A stretch of DNA of 64,000 nucleotides from an uncultured Acidobacteriota bacterium (GCA_963843575.1 CAWJKZ010000013.1:512001-576000), one strand, 5' to 3'; shown: positions 19,719 to 32,422, counted from the first letter of the stretch. Notes: generated by a model from the letters alone, not told the origin. Numbers and translations are program-made.

Positions 19719-21304
19719 TTATCTCCTCCGCCGCGTCCAGACGACGATGCCCGCGACCAGGACGATGCCCGGAAGCAGGAAGACGGTGACCAGTCGCAGC
19801 ATGCTCTGCTGGCTCTGGGACATGATGACGCGCCTGTCCTCGGGGGCCTTGGGACGGATCGAGATCAGGTCCTCGTCCTGCGACAGCCACGACACCATGT
19901 TCAGGAACAGGTTTCCGTTCCCCTGCGCGGGGAAATAGGAATTGACGGCGAAATCGGAGTCTCCGACCACGACCATGCGGCCCTTGACCGCCGGATCCTT
20001 TTCGGTGGCGGGTTTGACGTCCTTCGAGACTGCCACCGCCAGCGTCAGCGGTCCCTTCAGGTCGGATTTCTCGTCGAAGCTCGCCTCCGGGTTCTTGGTG
20101 TCGGTCTCGCCCCAGCTGTTTTCGTTGCTCTTGAAGAGAGGCTCCACCGTGACACCCGCGACGGTCTCCTTGGCCGGCTCGATCGAGCGGACGAGTGGGA
20201 AGAAGGTCATGGCCCGGAACCGGTCGGTGATTTTGTGGTTTTCGTAACGCAACACGAGCGGGATACTCGGTCCCGCCCCCATCAGGCGTCCCGCACCGCT
20301 GACGTCGAGGACGATGTCGTTGCCGGGGACCACCCCCCAGTTCTTCAGGAACGATTCGAGGCCGGGTGCGGGCGGAGGGTCGAGCATGATCAGAAGGCCG
20401 CCGCCTGCGTTCACGAAGCCGTTGAGGAACTCCATTTCCTGTGGGAAACGGTTCGGTCGTCGGACCGGCGAGCACGAGCACCTTCGCGTCGGCCGGGTAC
20501 TTCCCCTGGGTGGCCAGGTTCACGGTCTCGACCTTGTAGCCCTGGTCTTCGAGCGCCTTTTGCGCGGCCGAGTAGCCGCCGCGCTCGGAGTCGGCCGGGT
20601 CTTTCTCTCCGTGTCCCTGGACGAAGTAGACCTTCTTCGCCTCGGAGCGCTGCACCTTGATCATGGCGTTGGTGAGGTCCTCTTCGCGCACCTCTTCGGA
20701 CCGCTTCTCGATTTTTTCCTTGCGGCCGTCGTACAGGAGCACGACGGTGCCGGACTTCAGCTGCGATCCGGTGAACGGGTTGCTGTAGGTGCCGTAGACC
20801 GTGACGTCGTATTGCTTGGCCACGTCCGGCTGCTTGTCGGGATCGATGAATTCGTAACGCACGCGGTGGTTGCGCGTCCGATAGCCGATCAGCAGCTCTT
20901 TGAGCGGCGCGTACTCGCCGCCCGGGAAAGAAGGCCTTGACGTCGAGGTCACGGTTGAGCTTGTCGAGGACCTGCAGCGTCTGGGGCGCGAGCGTGAAGC
21001 GGCCTGCGGCGGTCAGGTCGAAGCGTTTCGTGTGGCGCTGCCCGAGGTAGTTGACCGCGGCCACGATCGCGATGACCAGCACCACCGACACGATGTAGTT
21101 GGTCGCGTACTTCGTGGAGCGCCGGCCGAGGGTCTGCAGGATCTGCCGGTAATTGGCCACGATCCCGACTACGATCAGCACTGCACCGCCGACCGCCAGC
21201 CCAATCGTCCACCTGTCCCAAAGGTTGGTGACCGAATAGTAGATCGCTGCCGCCACGAGCAGCAACAGCCCGAGTGTGTCGAGCTTCTGGAGATATCTGT
21301 TCAT
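19719..21304 (-). CDS. GldG-family ABC transporter auxiliary protein (frameshifts near 20925 and 20440)
   Basis: N-terminal TMs, KRFDLTAAGRFTLAPQT, YEFIDPDKQP, KKVYFVQGHGE, MVVVGDSDF...GNGNLFLNMVSWL, C-terminal TM ending WTRRRR. Confidence 0.85.
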
Positions 21305-22074
21305 CAGCTTCTCCACCTCATGGATTCAAGCGACCGGTAGGTCAGGAAGAGCCCCACGAACGCAAACGTCAGGTAGAAAATCACGTTGCTGGTGTCGACC
21401 ACGCCTTTTATGAAATCGTCCAGGTGCCCGATCACCGAGAGATAGCTGAGCACGTCGCGCGCGACACCCTGCGCCCCGGCCGAGAAGGACTCGATGAGCC
21501 ACAGGACCAGGATGACGCCGAAGGTGATCACGACCGCGACGATCTGGTTTTCCGTCAGCGTGGAGATGAAGAGGCCGACCGCCAGCAACGCCGCTCCGTA
21601 CAGTAACAGCCCCAGATATCCGCTCAGGATCGGCTTCCACTCCGGCTGCCCGTAGATGAAGAGGGCGGAGATCGTGATCCCGCTCGTCAGGAACATCAGG
21701 ACTAGGAACGAGAGGCTCGCGAGGTACTTGCCCATCATCGCCTGGAAGTTGCCGACGGGGGTCGTCAGGAGCAGCTCAATCGTCCCGCGCTTTTTCTCCT
21801 CGGCAATCAGCCCCATGGTGAGCATCGGGATCATGAACAGCAGCACGACGCTCATGGTACCGAAGAAGCTGCGGCTGACGATTCCCGGGACGTCGACCGG
21901 CTGGGCCCCCTGCCCGAACTGCGACTGCATCATCGTGGACTGGACTACCGCGGTGAGGATCGAGTAGAAGAAAAATCCCGACAGGAACAGGTAGACCGTC
22001 AGGACGACATAGGCGATCGGTGAGGCAAAATAGCCCTTCAGCTCTCGCTGCCAGATGGCCAGTATGTTCTGCAT
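21304..22074 (-). CDS. ABC-2 type permease (GldF-like)
   Basis: MQNILAIWQRELKGYFASPIAYVV, PMLTMGLIAEEKKRGTIELLLTTP, GLFISTLTENQIVA. Confidence 0.9.
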   Translation of the reverse strand: MQNILAIWQRELKGYFASPIAYVVLTVYLFLSGFFFYSILTAVVQSTMMQSQFGQGAQPVDVPGIVSRSFFGTMSVVLLFMIPMLTMGLIAEEKKRGTIELLLTTPVGNFQAMMGKYLASLSFLVLMFLTSGITISALFIYGQPEWKPILSGYLGLLLYGAALLAVGLFISTLTENQIVAVVITFGVILVLWLIESFSAGAQGVARDVLSYLSVIGHLDDFIKGVVDTSNVIFYLTFAFVGLFLTYRSLESMRWRS

Positions 22075-22115
22075 AGGTGAGATCCTTACAGAGTTTTGCG
22101 CAGCCCTTCGGGCGC

Positions 22116-23054
22116 CTACTCCTTCGTGATGAGGTTGATGAAGACATCTTCCAGGCTGACCGATACCCCGCGCAGCTCGAGGAGTCCCCAGCCCTGCGCC
22201 ACGATGGCTGCGGCGAGCTCCCGCCGGATGTCTGTGTCGAGCTTGCACTCCACCGTGTAGCTTGAGGGTTTCCCGTCGCCGCCGGCGCTGGTGACCTGGA
22301 CGCCGAGCACCCCGCCGACGGAGCCGAGCTTAGCCTGCACCTGCTCGGGCGGCCCATCGACAATCAGAGACACCCGCTCGGCCCCCTTGAACTGGTGTGC
22401 CAGCCCTTCTGGGGTGTCGATGGCCACGAGCTTCCCGTTGTTGATAATGACCACCCGGTTGCAGGTCATGCTAACTTCCGGGAGGATGTGGGTGGAGAGA
22501 ATCACCGTGTGCTCGCCGGCGAGGGCCTTGATGAGCGACCGGACCTCAGAGATCTGGCGCGGGTCCAGGCCGATGGTCGGTTCGTCCAGGATCAGGACTT
22601 CCGGGTTGTTCAGCAGCGACTGGGCGAGCCCAACGCGCTGCTTGTATCCCTTCGAGAGCTTCCCGATGATCCTGTTGCGGACGTCGCCTATGCTGCATTT
22701 CTGCATCACCTCGTCGACGTTAGCCTTGCGCTGCGCCCCCCGGGCACCTTTGATCCTGGCCACGAAATCGAGATACGACCGCACGGTCATCTCGGGGTAA
22801 AGCGGCGGGCTTTCGGGGAGATAGCCGATGCGCCTGCGCACCTCCAGGCTCTCCTCGAAAACGTCGTAGCCGGCTACCCGCGCAGTGCCGTCGGTCGCGG
22901 GCATGTAGCACGTCAGGATGCGCATCGTGGTGGTTTTTCCCGCGCCGTTGGGCCCGAGAAAGCCAAGGATCTCGCCCTTCTCGACCTTGAAGGAGATGTC
23001 ATCCACCGCCCTGCGGCCGCCGTACACTTTGGTGAGATGTTCTACCTCGATCAC
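22116..23054 (-). CDS. ABC transporter ATP-binding protein (GldA-like)
   Basis: GPNGAGKTT, LSKGYKQRVGLAQ, LILDEPTIGLDP, STHILPEV. Confidence 0.92.
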   Translation of the reverse strand: MIEVEHLTKVYGGRRAVDDISFKVEKGEILGFLGPNGAGKTTTMRILTCYMPATDGTARVAGYDVFEESLEVRRRIGYLPESPPLYPEMTVRSYLDFVARIKGARGAQRKANVDEVMQKCSIGDVRNRIIGKLSKGYKQRVGLAQSLLNNPEVLILDEPTIGLDPRQISEVRSLIKALAGEHTVILSTHILPEVSMTCNRVVIINNGKLVAIDTPEGLAHQFKGAERVSLIVDGPPEQVQAKLGSVGGVLGVQVTSAGGDGKPSSYTVECKLDTDIRRELAAAIVAQGWGLLELRGVSVSLEDVFINLITKE

Positions 23055-23089
23055 GTAGCCCCTCCCGCGAATGGACAAGAAAACGGTAG

Positions 23090-23118
23090 ATTCTATTGGA
23101 CAGCCGCTTGCCAGTCAA
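23090..23118 (-). promoter_or_regulatory. Sigma70-type promoter for the GldAFG-like operon
   Basis: Minus strand TTGACT-N17-TAGAAT, about 35 nt upstream of the GTG start. Confidence 0.65.
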
Positions 23119-23556
23119 CACCTTGCGCCTGATGCGCCTGTGCGTCCCCCACCCCGCGCCAGTCCTTAAACGTAATGTGTGCCGATTTTTTTCCATTTTT
23201 TTTGGAAGAAAGAAGCCCCTTTTACGTCTAAGCGGTAGGGAGCCAAGTAGAAAGGCGCCCTCCCGCGGGAGAAGGCGGATTTTTGGGAACGCCGTATCGA
23301 CCTTGCCGTATTAGTGCAGCGGGGAGAGCCACAATCGAGAGGGAAGCGGGGTCATCAACCTTGAACAACCAAAGGTTAAATCCACAAAAAAGACCCCGTC
23401 CGGTGAAACTATTTCTCGCCATTAACTATCTATAGTTCTGAAGTTTCTCGGGTGTGGGGCAATCCAGCCCGGTGATTGCCGGCCTCAAATAACAAAGCAG
23501 TAAAGGAATAGAGCCTTCTCGGGACAAACCTTCTCTCTGGGATTGGACAGTTACTC

Positions 23557-25143
23557 ATGATCGAACTTGAACAGGACGAATTGCTTGAGGGTTCGGATCT
23601 TTATGATCCTCAGGTAGATACGGACGATGACACCGAATCCGGGTCCGGCGAATTCACCGGGTTGACGAGGGCAAACTACGTCGACAGGGTGCGTTTCGAC
23701 AGGGTCCCGGATGAAAACCGTGCCGCGGGCAGGGAAGAGTCGGCCTCGTCGGCCGACCCCCTGTACATTTATTATCGCAGCATGAGTAAGATCCGACTCC
23801 TTACGCGTGAGGAGGAGGTCTACCTGGCCAAGAAGATCGAGTCGGCCAAGCTGAACACGTTGCGGCTCCTGTCGCTGACGAGCGTCAGCTCCCTCAAGCT
23901 GGGTGAAATCGCCGACGGTCTCCAGCCCGCGCACCCCGGGATCAACACCCAGGAGGGAATCGAAGCGAAACGCGAGGCGGACAGCGAGATCCCACTCGAA
24001 GAGCGCAACCGCATCCGCGATAGAGAGGTGCGCAAAATCCTCTCGCGTGTCGAAAAGCTCGAGACGAAGTACCGGGCCCTCAAGGTCGAACTGGCCAAGG
24101 CGCGCGGCAAAGACAGAGCCCGCGAGTTGGTCAAGATCCGGAACGTCAGGGAGGCGATCCACCAGACGCTCCTGCGGTTTGACTTCAGCGAAAACCAGAT
24201 CAACACCCTCGTCAGCAGCCTCGATGGCGTGGCACGTCAGCTTGACGAAGGCCAGCGGGTGGTCGGCCGGAACGCGCGGGCGGATCAGGCTCGGGCGGCG
24301 CGCGAGGCTCGCGCCCGCGCGAGGGAACTTGAAGCCCGATACCTGACCAACGCGGCCGAGTTGCGCAAGATCCTCTCGCTCATCGGCGAGAACAAGACGG
24401 AGATGGCGCGGGCCAAGGACGAGTTTGTGCGTGCCAACCTCAGGCTGGTCCTGAGTATCGCCAAGAACTACTCCTATCCAGGGCTGGACCTGCTCGACCT
24501 GGTTCAGGAGGGGAACATCGGTCTCATGAAGGCGGTCGACAAGTTCAACTACCGCCTCGGCCACAAGTTCTCGACCTACGCCACGTGGTGGATCCGCCAG
24601 AGCATTACCCGTGCGATCGCCGACCAGGGGCGGACCATCCGGATCCCGGTCCACATGGTCGAGGCCATGAACCGGGTCTTGAAGACTTCCAACGAGCTGA
24701 CCAAGCGGCTGGGGAGGGAGCCCTCCGTGCACGAATTGGCCAAGGAGCTGAAGACGCCGGTATCGAAGGTTACCCAGATCCTGAAAGCGGCCCAGGAGCC
24801 CATTTCGCTGGAGGCGAGCATCGCCGACAACAAGGACGCCGTGCTGAACAAGTTCATCGAGGATAAAAACGCCGTCTCGCCCGACGAGGACGTGATGCGT
24901 CACAACCTCAGGGAGGCGACCGACTCGGCTCTCGAGACCCTGTCGCCCCGCGAACAGGAAATCGTGCGCATGCGCTACGGCCTGAACGAGGCCGGCAAGG
25001 AGTACACCCTGCAGGAAGTCGGAGAGATGTTCCAGGTCACCAGGGAGCGTATCCGGCAGATCGAGGAGAAGGCATTGCTGAAGCTGCGCAGCCCGTACCG
25101 GTCGAGCAAGCTGCGCGAGTTCGCGGATTTCGTGAGCAACTGA
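23557..25143 (+). CDS. RpoD-like sigma-70 factor (probably a paralog of the primary sigma)
   Basis: Region 1.2 [29 protein letters not shown]; region 2 [11 protein letters not shown]...[17 protein letters not shown]...[30 protein letters not shown]; region 4 [29 protein letters not shown]. Confidence 0.92.
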   Translation: MIELEQDELLEGSDLYDPQVDTDDDTESGSGEFTGLTRANYVDRVRFDRVPDENRAAGREESASSADPLYIYYRSMSKIRLLTREEEVYLAKKIESAKLNTLRLLSLTSVSSLKLGEIADGLQPAHPGINTQEGIEAKREADSEIPLEERNRIRDREVRKILSRVEKLETKYRALKVELAKARGKDRARELVKIRNVREAIHQTLLRFDFSENQINTLVSSLDGVARQLDEGQRVVGRNARADQARAAREARARARELEARYLTNAAELRKILSLIGENKTEMARAKDEFVRANLRLVLSIAKNYSYPGLDLLDLVQEGNIGLMKAVDKFNYRLGHKFSTYATWWIRQSITRAIADQGRTIRIPVHMVEAMNRVLKTSNELTKRLGREPSVHELAKELKTPVSKVTQILKAAQEPISLEASIADNKDAVLNKFIEDKNAVSPDEDVMRHNLREATDSALETLSPREQEIVRMRYGLNEAGKEYTLQEVGEMFQVTRERIRQIEEKALLKLRSPYRSSKLREFADFVSN

Positions 25144-25164
25144 AGGGCAAGCGGTAAGGGGAAC

Positions 25165-25204
25165 AAAAAGGCCCCCCGGGGCGCGGGGGGCCTTTTTTTG
25201 TTTT
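25165..25204. terminator. Bidirectional intrinsic terminator between the sigma and HU genes
   Basis: AAAAAGGCCCCCC-GGGGCGC-GGGGGGCCTTTTTTT between convergent genes. Confidence 0.85.
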
Positions 25205-25217
25205 CGGCTGCTGTTAC

Positions 25218-25490
25218 CTACTTCACCGCCTTTTTCAGGTCGCTCCCCGCAGTGAACTTGGGAACTTTCCTTGCGGCGATCTTGATGGGAACACCGGTCT
25301 GAGGGTTCCGCCCGGTGCGGGCTTTCCGCTTTGTCACCGAAAAAGTGCCGAAGCCGACGATGGTTACTTTCTGACTCTTCTTCAGCGAAGCGGTTATCGC
25401 GTGTATGAGCGAATTGAATACGCCTTCGGCCTGACTCTTCGTAATCTCGCTGTCAGCGGCGATCTTAGCTACCAAGTCTCCCTTGTTCAA
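25218..25490 (-). CDS. hup: HU family DNA-binding protein
   Basis: TTG start after AAGGAGG. NKGDLVAKIA...VTIVGFGTFSVTKRKARTGRNPQTG...VPKFTAGSDLKKAVK. Confidence 0.93.
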   Translation of the reverse strand: MNKGDLVAKIAADSEITKSQAEGVFNSLIHAITASLKKSQKVTIVGFGTFSVTKRKARTGRNPQTGVPIKIAARKVPKFTAGSDLKKAVK

Positions 25491-25779
25491 AGAATTGCCC
25501 TCCTTGTCGGGTCTCTGGTGTTGGATGGGGAACGGCCGCAACTAATAGCACCGTGGGTCTGGGGGAGTCAAGGCAAATCCGCGCCAGAAGCGGACTTGAG
25601 GCTTTCCCGCCCCGGGGTTCCCCGCCCTCCGGGTGTCCGTTCCGGAAGGGATCGACGAGCCGCTCGCTCGTTTTTCCGGCCTCATCGTTTCATACGGTTG
25701 TCTTCACTTTCGAGTCAGTACTCTGGTATTGTCTTTCCCTTTGGAATTCTACGGTCAGAAATCTCGACGAGGTCGCAGC

Positions 25780-27991
25780 ATGGAGCCGACAGCACCCGCA
25801 GACGAAATGCAGCAGGTTCTCGAGGGTAGACACTCCGACCCGTTCCACGTGCTCGGCGCCCACCTGACCGTCAGCGACGGCAAGCCCGCCGTGGCCGTGC
25901 GCGCCTTCATTCCGGAGGCTGCGGGCGTCGCCGTCCTGGCCGATGCCGGGCGCAGGGAGATGACCCGGGTGGACCCGGACGGTTTCTTCGAGGCGCTGTT
26001 CGAAGGCCGGGACCAGCTCTTCACCTACACGCTCGAGCTCACGTTACCGGACGGCAGCCGACGGGAAATCCACGACCCGTATTCCTTCTGGCCCATCCTT
26101 TCCGATTACGACATCTACCTTTTCGGTGAGGGGAGGCACCTCGAAAGCCTACGAAAAACTCGGCGCGCATGTCCGGGAGTTCGGGGGAGTGTCCGGCGTC
26201 CTTTTCGCCGTCTGGGCACCCAATGCCAGCCGGGTCAGCGTCGTCGGGGACTTCAACTCGTGGAACGGCCTCCGGCACCCGATGCGCTCGCGGCCGACCT
26301 CCGGCATCTGGGAACTTTTCATCCCCGGTCTTGGACTGGGGGAAATCTACAAGTTCGAGGTCGTCGCGGTCCGGGGATTACCTGGTCCAGAAGGCCGATC
26401 CCGTTCGCGTTCAGTTCGGAGTTGCGGCCGAGGACGGCCTCGGTCGTCTGCGATATCGACCGGTACGCCTGGGGCGACGAGGAGTGGATTGCGCGAAGGC
26501 GGCAGGCAAACGGATTGGACCGGCCAATCTCCATTTACGAGGTTCATCCTCGGCTCCTGGAAGCGGCATGCGGACGGGACGCTGGCTGAGCTATCGCGAG
26601 CTCGCCGCTGACCTGGTGGCGTATGTCAAGGAGATGGGATTCACCCACATCGAGCTGCATGCCGGTCAGCGAGCACCCGCTGGACGAATCCTGGGGTTAC
26701 CAGACCACCGGGTACTTCGGCGTCACCAGCCGGTACGGGACCCCGGAGGATTTTCAGTACTTCGTCGACACCTGCCACCAGAACGGGATCGGCGTGATCC
26801 TCGATTGGGTTCCGGCCCACTTCCCGATGGATGAGCACGGCCTGCGCTACTTCGACGGGACCTACCTCTACGAGCACGAGGATCCGCGGATGGGGCAACA
26901 CCAGGACTGGGGCACGGCCATCTTCAACTTCGGCCGGACCGAGGTGCGCAACTTCCTGATCTCCAACGCCCTGTTCTGGCTCGACAAGTACCACATCGAC
27001 GGCCTGCGCGTGGACGCCGTCGCGTCGATGCTCTACCTGGACTACTCGCGAAAACCGGGCGAGTGGATGCCTAACCAGTACGGCGGCAACCAGAACCTCG
27101 AAGCGGTCGACTTCATCAAGGAATTGAACCGGATAGTGCACGGCCAGTACCACGACGTGCTGACTATCGCCGAGGAGTCGACCGCGTGGCCCGGGTGTCA
27201 CGCTCCCCGTGCATCTGGGCGGACTCGGATTCTCGCTGAAGTGGAACATGGGGTGGATGCACGACATCCTGACGTATTTTTCCAGGGAACCCGTTCACCG
27301 CAAGTTTCATCACAACAACCTGACGTTCGCCCTCATGTACGCCTTCACGGAGAATTTCGTCCTGGTGTTTTCGCACGACGAGGTTGTCCACATGAAGGGC
27401 TCCATGCTCCGGAAGATGCCGGGGGACGACTGGCAGAAGTTCGCCAATCTCCGGGCGCTCTACGCCCTCATGTTCGCGTTTCCCGGGAAGAAGCTGCTGT
27501 TCATGGGCAGCGAGATCGGGCAATGGGATGAGTGGCGCCACGACCGGAGCCTGGACTGGCACCTGCTCCAGTATCCGCCGCACCGCGAGCTGCAGACCTG
27601 CCTCAGGGACCTCAACGGCCTCTACGCGACCCTCGGGCAGCTGCACACGATCGACTTCCAGTACACCGGGTTCGAGTGGATCGATTTCGCAGACGTGGAG
27701 AGTTCCATTATTTCGTTCATACGCAAATCGGCCGATGTCGATGACCCGCTCGTGGTCGTGGGCAACTTCACGCCTGTCCCGCGGCCGGGTTACCGCGTCG
27801 GCGTGCCGCACGGCGGCCCATACAGGGTCGTGTTCAACAGCGACTCGGCCGCCTACGGAGGGGGAGACACGGGTAACACCAGGGTGACGGCCGAGCAGAT
27901 CCCCTGCCAGGGCAGGCCGAACTCGGTTGTCCTGACGTTGCCGCCGCTCGCCGTCATCTATCTGCGCCGCGAACCCGGCACCGGTCAGTAG
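25780..27991 (+). CDS. glgB: 1,4-alpha-glucan branching enzyme (several frameshifts)
   Basis: [100 protein letters not shown]. Confidence 0.95.
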
Positions 27992-27998
27992 CCGAACG

Positions 27999-30165
27999 AT
28001 GCGAAAGAAACCCCTGTGCGTGGCCTTGTTGTGGCACATGCACCAACCTGACTACGGCAACATACAGACGGGGGAGATCTATCTCCCCTGGACGCGCTTC
28101 CACGCCGTGAAGGACTACTACGACATGGCCGCGCTGGTCGAGCAGGCGCCCGGGTTGCGGTTGACCTTCAACGTCGTTCCCTCGCTCATCGATCAGCTCG
28201 TCGCCTACGGCAACGGCACGGCCAGGGAAACCTATGCGGCGCTGACCCTGAAGAACGCGGCCGAGCTGGACCAATTACGAGCAGGAGTTCCTGCTGCGCA
28301 GTTTTTTCCAGCTCACGTGGAAGGAGATGGTCCTGCCCTACCCGCGCTACCGCGAGCTGCTCGACAGGCGAGGCGGCAACAACGCGCGCGGCGACTACAC
28401 CGAAGCGGCCCGGCGCTTCGGGACCCAGGATTTCCGGGACCTCCAGGTCTGGTTCAACCTGGCCTGGTGCGGGCGGGAACTCCGGCGCGACGCCGAGATC
28501 GCGGCCTTACTGCAAAAAGGGAGACAGTTCACCGAGGACGAAAAGAAGCGCCTGCTCGAGATTCAATTCGCCTTCATCCGGCGCATCCTCCCGTTCTACC
28601 GCCGGCTCATGGAAGAGGGCGGCATCGAGATCTCGGTCTCTCCCTATTACCACGCGATTCTGCCGCTGCTGTGCGACAACCGTTCGGCTCGGGAGGCTCT
28701 CCCCTCCATTGCGTTGCCGGAAAACCCGTTCTCGTTCCCTTCGGATGCCCGCGAGCACATCGAGTCCGCCGTGCGCAGGTACGTGGAGATCTTCGAAAGG
28801 GCGCCGCAGGGCATGTGGCCCTCGGAAGGCTCCGTCAGCAACGCCGCGCTGCAGCTGGCCGGCGAGAGCGGTCTGCGCTGGCTGGCCACGGACGAGGCGG
28901 TGCTGCTGAATTCCCTGCAGCGGCAGGGGATGGCGGCCGGCGGGCTGACGGCCGAGAAGCGCTACAGGGCCTACCGCGTCGGAAATGGCCGGGCGGCGCC
29001 CTGCCTCTTTTTCCGCGATCACGGCCTGTCCGATCTCATCGGTTTCACCTACTCGCACTGGAGTGCACCCGAGGCCGCGGACGACTTCCTCCAGCGGTTG
29101 CGCCAGATTCACCGCAGCCTGCCCGACGACGGCCGATATTACGTGGTTCCCGTGATCCTGGACGGGGAAAACGCCTGGGAGCACTACCCGGAGAACGGGA
29201 CCGAGTTCCTCTCTCTGCTCTACCGGAACCTGACGGAGTCCGACGAAATCCGGACCGTGACCTTCTCGGAATACCTCGAGCTGGAACCTGCACCCGACAC
29301 TCTCCACTCGGTGGTGGCCGGCTCCTGGATCTACGGCAACCTCGCGACCTGGATCGGCCACCCCGAAAAGAACCGCGCCTGGCAGGCGCTCGGGGCCGCC
29401 CGCAACTTTATTGGCCCCCACCTGCTCGGCGGCAGGGCCAGCGGCGGCGAAGCGTTCCGGGAGTTGCTGATCGCGGAAGGCAGCGATTGGTTCTGGTGGT
29501 ACGGGGACGACCACCAGACGGAAAACGCGGCCGAGTTCGATTCGCTTTTCCGGACGCACGTCAAGAACGTCTATCGCCTGCTGGGCCAGCCATATCCGTT
29601 GGACCTGGATACCCCGATCAAGAAAACGGAAAGCAAGACCCAGTACCGCGACCCGGTCCACACGGTGACGCCGCACATCGACGGGCGGGTCACCGACTAT
29701 TTCGAGTGGATCGCGGCCGGATTCGCCGTCCCCGCCGGGGGCGAATCCATGCATCGCACGGACCGGTATTTCGAGAAGGTGTATTTCGGATACGACGCGC
29801 GGCACTTCTACGTCCGGCTCGACCTTTTGTCGGACCGCGGACGGGCGGTTCCGGCGCCAGACTCCTACCAGCTGCACTTCGTCGCACCCAACGAGTGCCT
29901 TTACACGATGGAGTGGGATGGGACCGGGTGGCGCGTGCGCATCCTGCGCGCACCCCAGCCGGAACTGCCCCCGGGGTTCGCAGGCGACCGCATCCTGGAG
30001 ATCGCGGTCCCGCTGGAGGCTCTCGGGGTGCAAAGGTCCGCTCACGTCCGGTTTTTCGTGGCGGCGTTTGATCACGGCATCGAGCTCGAGCGGTTCCCCC
30101 GCAGCGACTTTATCACCGTGGCGGTGGACCCGTGGGGCCTCGATCACCGCGAGTGGATCGTCTGA
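27999..30165 (+). CDS. Glycoside hydrolase family 57 (amylopullulanase-like; frameshift near 28275)
   Basis: LLWHMHQPDY, LPWTRFHAVKDYYDM, SPYYHAILPLL, GMWPSEGSVS, ILDGENAWEHY, AEGSDWFWWYG. Confidence 0.92.
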
Positions 30166-30291
30166 AGTTTCGGGGACCGGCGCAGTTACCCCCAGGGTTG
30201 GGGCCGGTCCGGTGTGCATCGCGGCTCCGCGGGGCCGCTCCGGTATTCTTCGGCGCCGTATCCCGGCAGGGGGCGCCGTACAACAGGACTT

Positions 30292-32422
30292 ATGACAATT
30301 TCGCTACCATCCCCCGCCGAAGTGTCGGACCTGATTGCAGGCCTGAAGCGACTCGCCGGCAACCTGTGGTGGACCTGGAACCAGGAGTCCCAGGAGATAT
30401 TTCACGAGCTGTCGCCGCGCAGCTGGCAGAACCTGTACCACAACGCGGTCGCGGTTCTGCAGGAAGTCTCGGATTACGAACTGAGCGTGCGGCTGCAGGA
30501 TCCCGTTTTCGCGGCGCGCGTCCGCAACGTCCTGGCGGCGTTCGACGACTATCTGGCCGAGACCGACACCTGGGCACGCGAGAACGCGGGGCCCCTGCTG
30601 AAAAATCCGGTGGCCTATTTCACGGCTGAAATCGGGTTCCACGAAACGCTGCCGATCGCGGCGGGCGGGCTCGGGATTCTCGCCGGGAGACCACGCGCGC
30701 TCGGCGAGCGACCTCGGCATCGGGTTCGTCGGGGTCAGCATCTTCTACCGCGAGGGGTATTTCCAGCAGGCGATCAACCAGGACAACTGGCAGACCGAAT
30801 ACTACACCCTGCTCAACCCGAAGACGCTGCCGCTGGAACCGGTGCTCGGCGCCGACGGCAAACCGGTCGTCTCCTACGTCGACATCGACCTGAACCGCGT
30901 CTACTTCCAGGCCTGGCGCGCCAATGTCGGGCGTTGCCCCGTCTACCTGCTCGACAGCAACCGTCCCGAAAACGAGCAGCTCTACCGCGACCTCACGCTG
31001 CGGGTCTACGGCGGCGACACCTCCACCCGCATCATGCAGGAGATGCTGCTCGGCTTCGGCGGCGTGCGCCTGCTGCGCGCGCTCGGCATCGAGCCTTCCG
31101 TGTTCCACATGAACGAAGGGCACGTCGCGTTCCTGGCGCTCGAGCTGCTGCGCGAGAAGAGGCGGCAGGGCATGTCGTTCGAGGACGCGCTGCAGGCGAC
31201 GCGCGCGCAGTGCATCTTCACGACCCACACTCCGGTCGAGGCGGGACACGACCGCTTCAGCCCGGAGCTGATGCGGTACGCGATGCACGAGGTCCAGCCG
31301 CAGATCACGGCCTCCTTCTCCGAACTGATGGCGCTCGGGCGCGTCCGTCCCGCAGACGAGAACGAGACCTTCTGCATGACCGTCCTCGCGTTGAAGACCT
31401 CGCCGCGCGGCCAATGCGGTCAGCGAACTGCACGGACGCGTCAGCCGCAAGATGTGGCACGCGCTGTACCCGGGGGTCCCGGTCGACGAGGTCCCGATCG
31501 GCCACATCACCAACGGCATCCACCTGCGTCGGGTGGATGAAGGGCCCGGTGCGCAGCTTCTGGAAACGCAAGCTCGGGCCCGCTCTGGGACAAGGACATC
31601 AACTCGGCGGAGTACTGGCAGCGGATGACCGATCCTGACTTCGTCTCCGACGAGGAACTCTGGGCACTGCGCTACCGTCTGCGGCGCGCCCTGATCGAGT
31701 TCGCCCGCCGGCGCCTCGTCCAGCAGGTGCGTCCCGCGAGGTGGACTTCATCTCCTTCGACCGGCTGCTCAATCCCGACGCCCTGACCATCGGGTTCGCC
31801 CGGCGCTTCGCCACCTACAAGCGGGCGCCCGCTGGTGTTCCAAGACCTCGACCGCATCGTGCCGGCTGGTGCTCGACACCGAGCGGCCGATCCAGTTCAT
31901 TTTCGCCGGCAAGGCCCACCCGCTCGACAGAGACGGTAAGCGCTACATCCAGCGGATCATCGAGCTGAGCAAGATGTCGCGAGCTGAAGGGACGCCTCGT
32001 CTTCCTCGAAAACTACGACGTCCACGTCGCCCGCCAGATGATTTCCGGGTGCGACGTGTGGCTGAACAATCCGCGGCGGCCGCTGGAGGCTTCCGGCACC
32101 AGCGGCCAGAAGATCAGCTGCAACGGCGGACTGAACTTCAGTATCCTCGACGGCTGGTGGCGCGAGGGTTACGACGGCACCAACGGATTCGCGATCGGCG
32201 AGGACTCCAATCCGGACTCGGTCGAAGAGCAGGACCGCCAGGACGCCGAGAACCTCTACCGCGTTCTGACCGGCAGGTCGTCCCCTGCTTCTACGACCGG
32301 GACGCCAACGGCATACCGCGCCGTTGGATCGGGATGATCCGCCGGCGATGGCAACGCTCGTCCCGGCGTTCAACACCTGGCGCATGGTCCAGGAGTACAC
32401 GCGCCGCTACTATCTCGGCTAG
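30292..32422 (+). CDS. glgP: Alpha-glucan (glycogen/maltodextrin) phosphorylase (multiple frameshifts)
   Basis: [95 protein letters not shown]. Confidence 0.93.

Noticed and set aside
25620-25670. SRP-like TCCGGAAGG word upstream of glgB
   Set aside because: It lacks the flanking CAGG/AGCAG internal-loop residues and the long enclosing helix.
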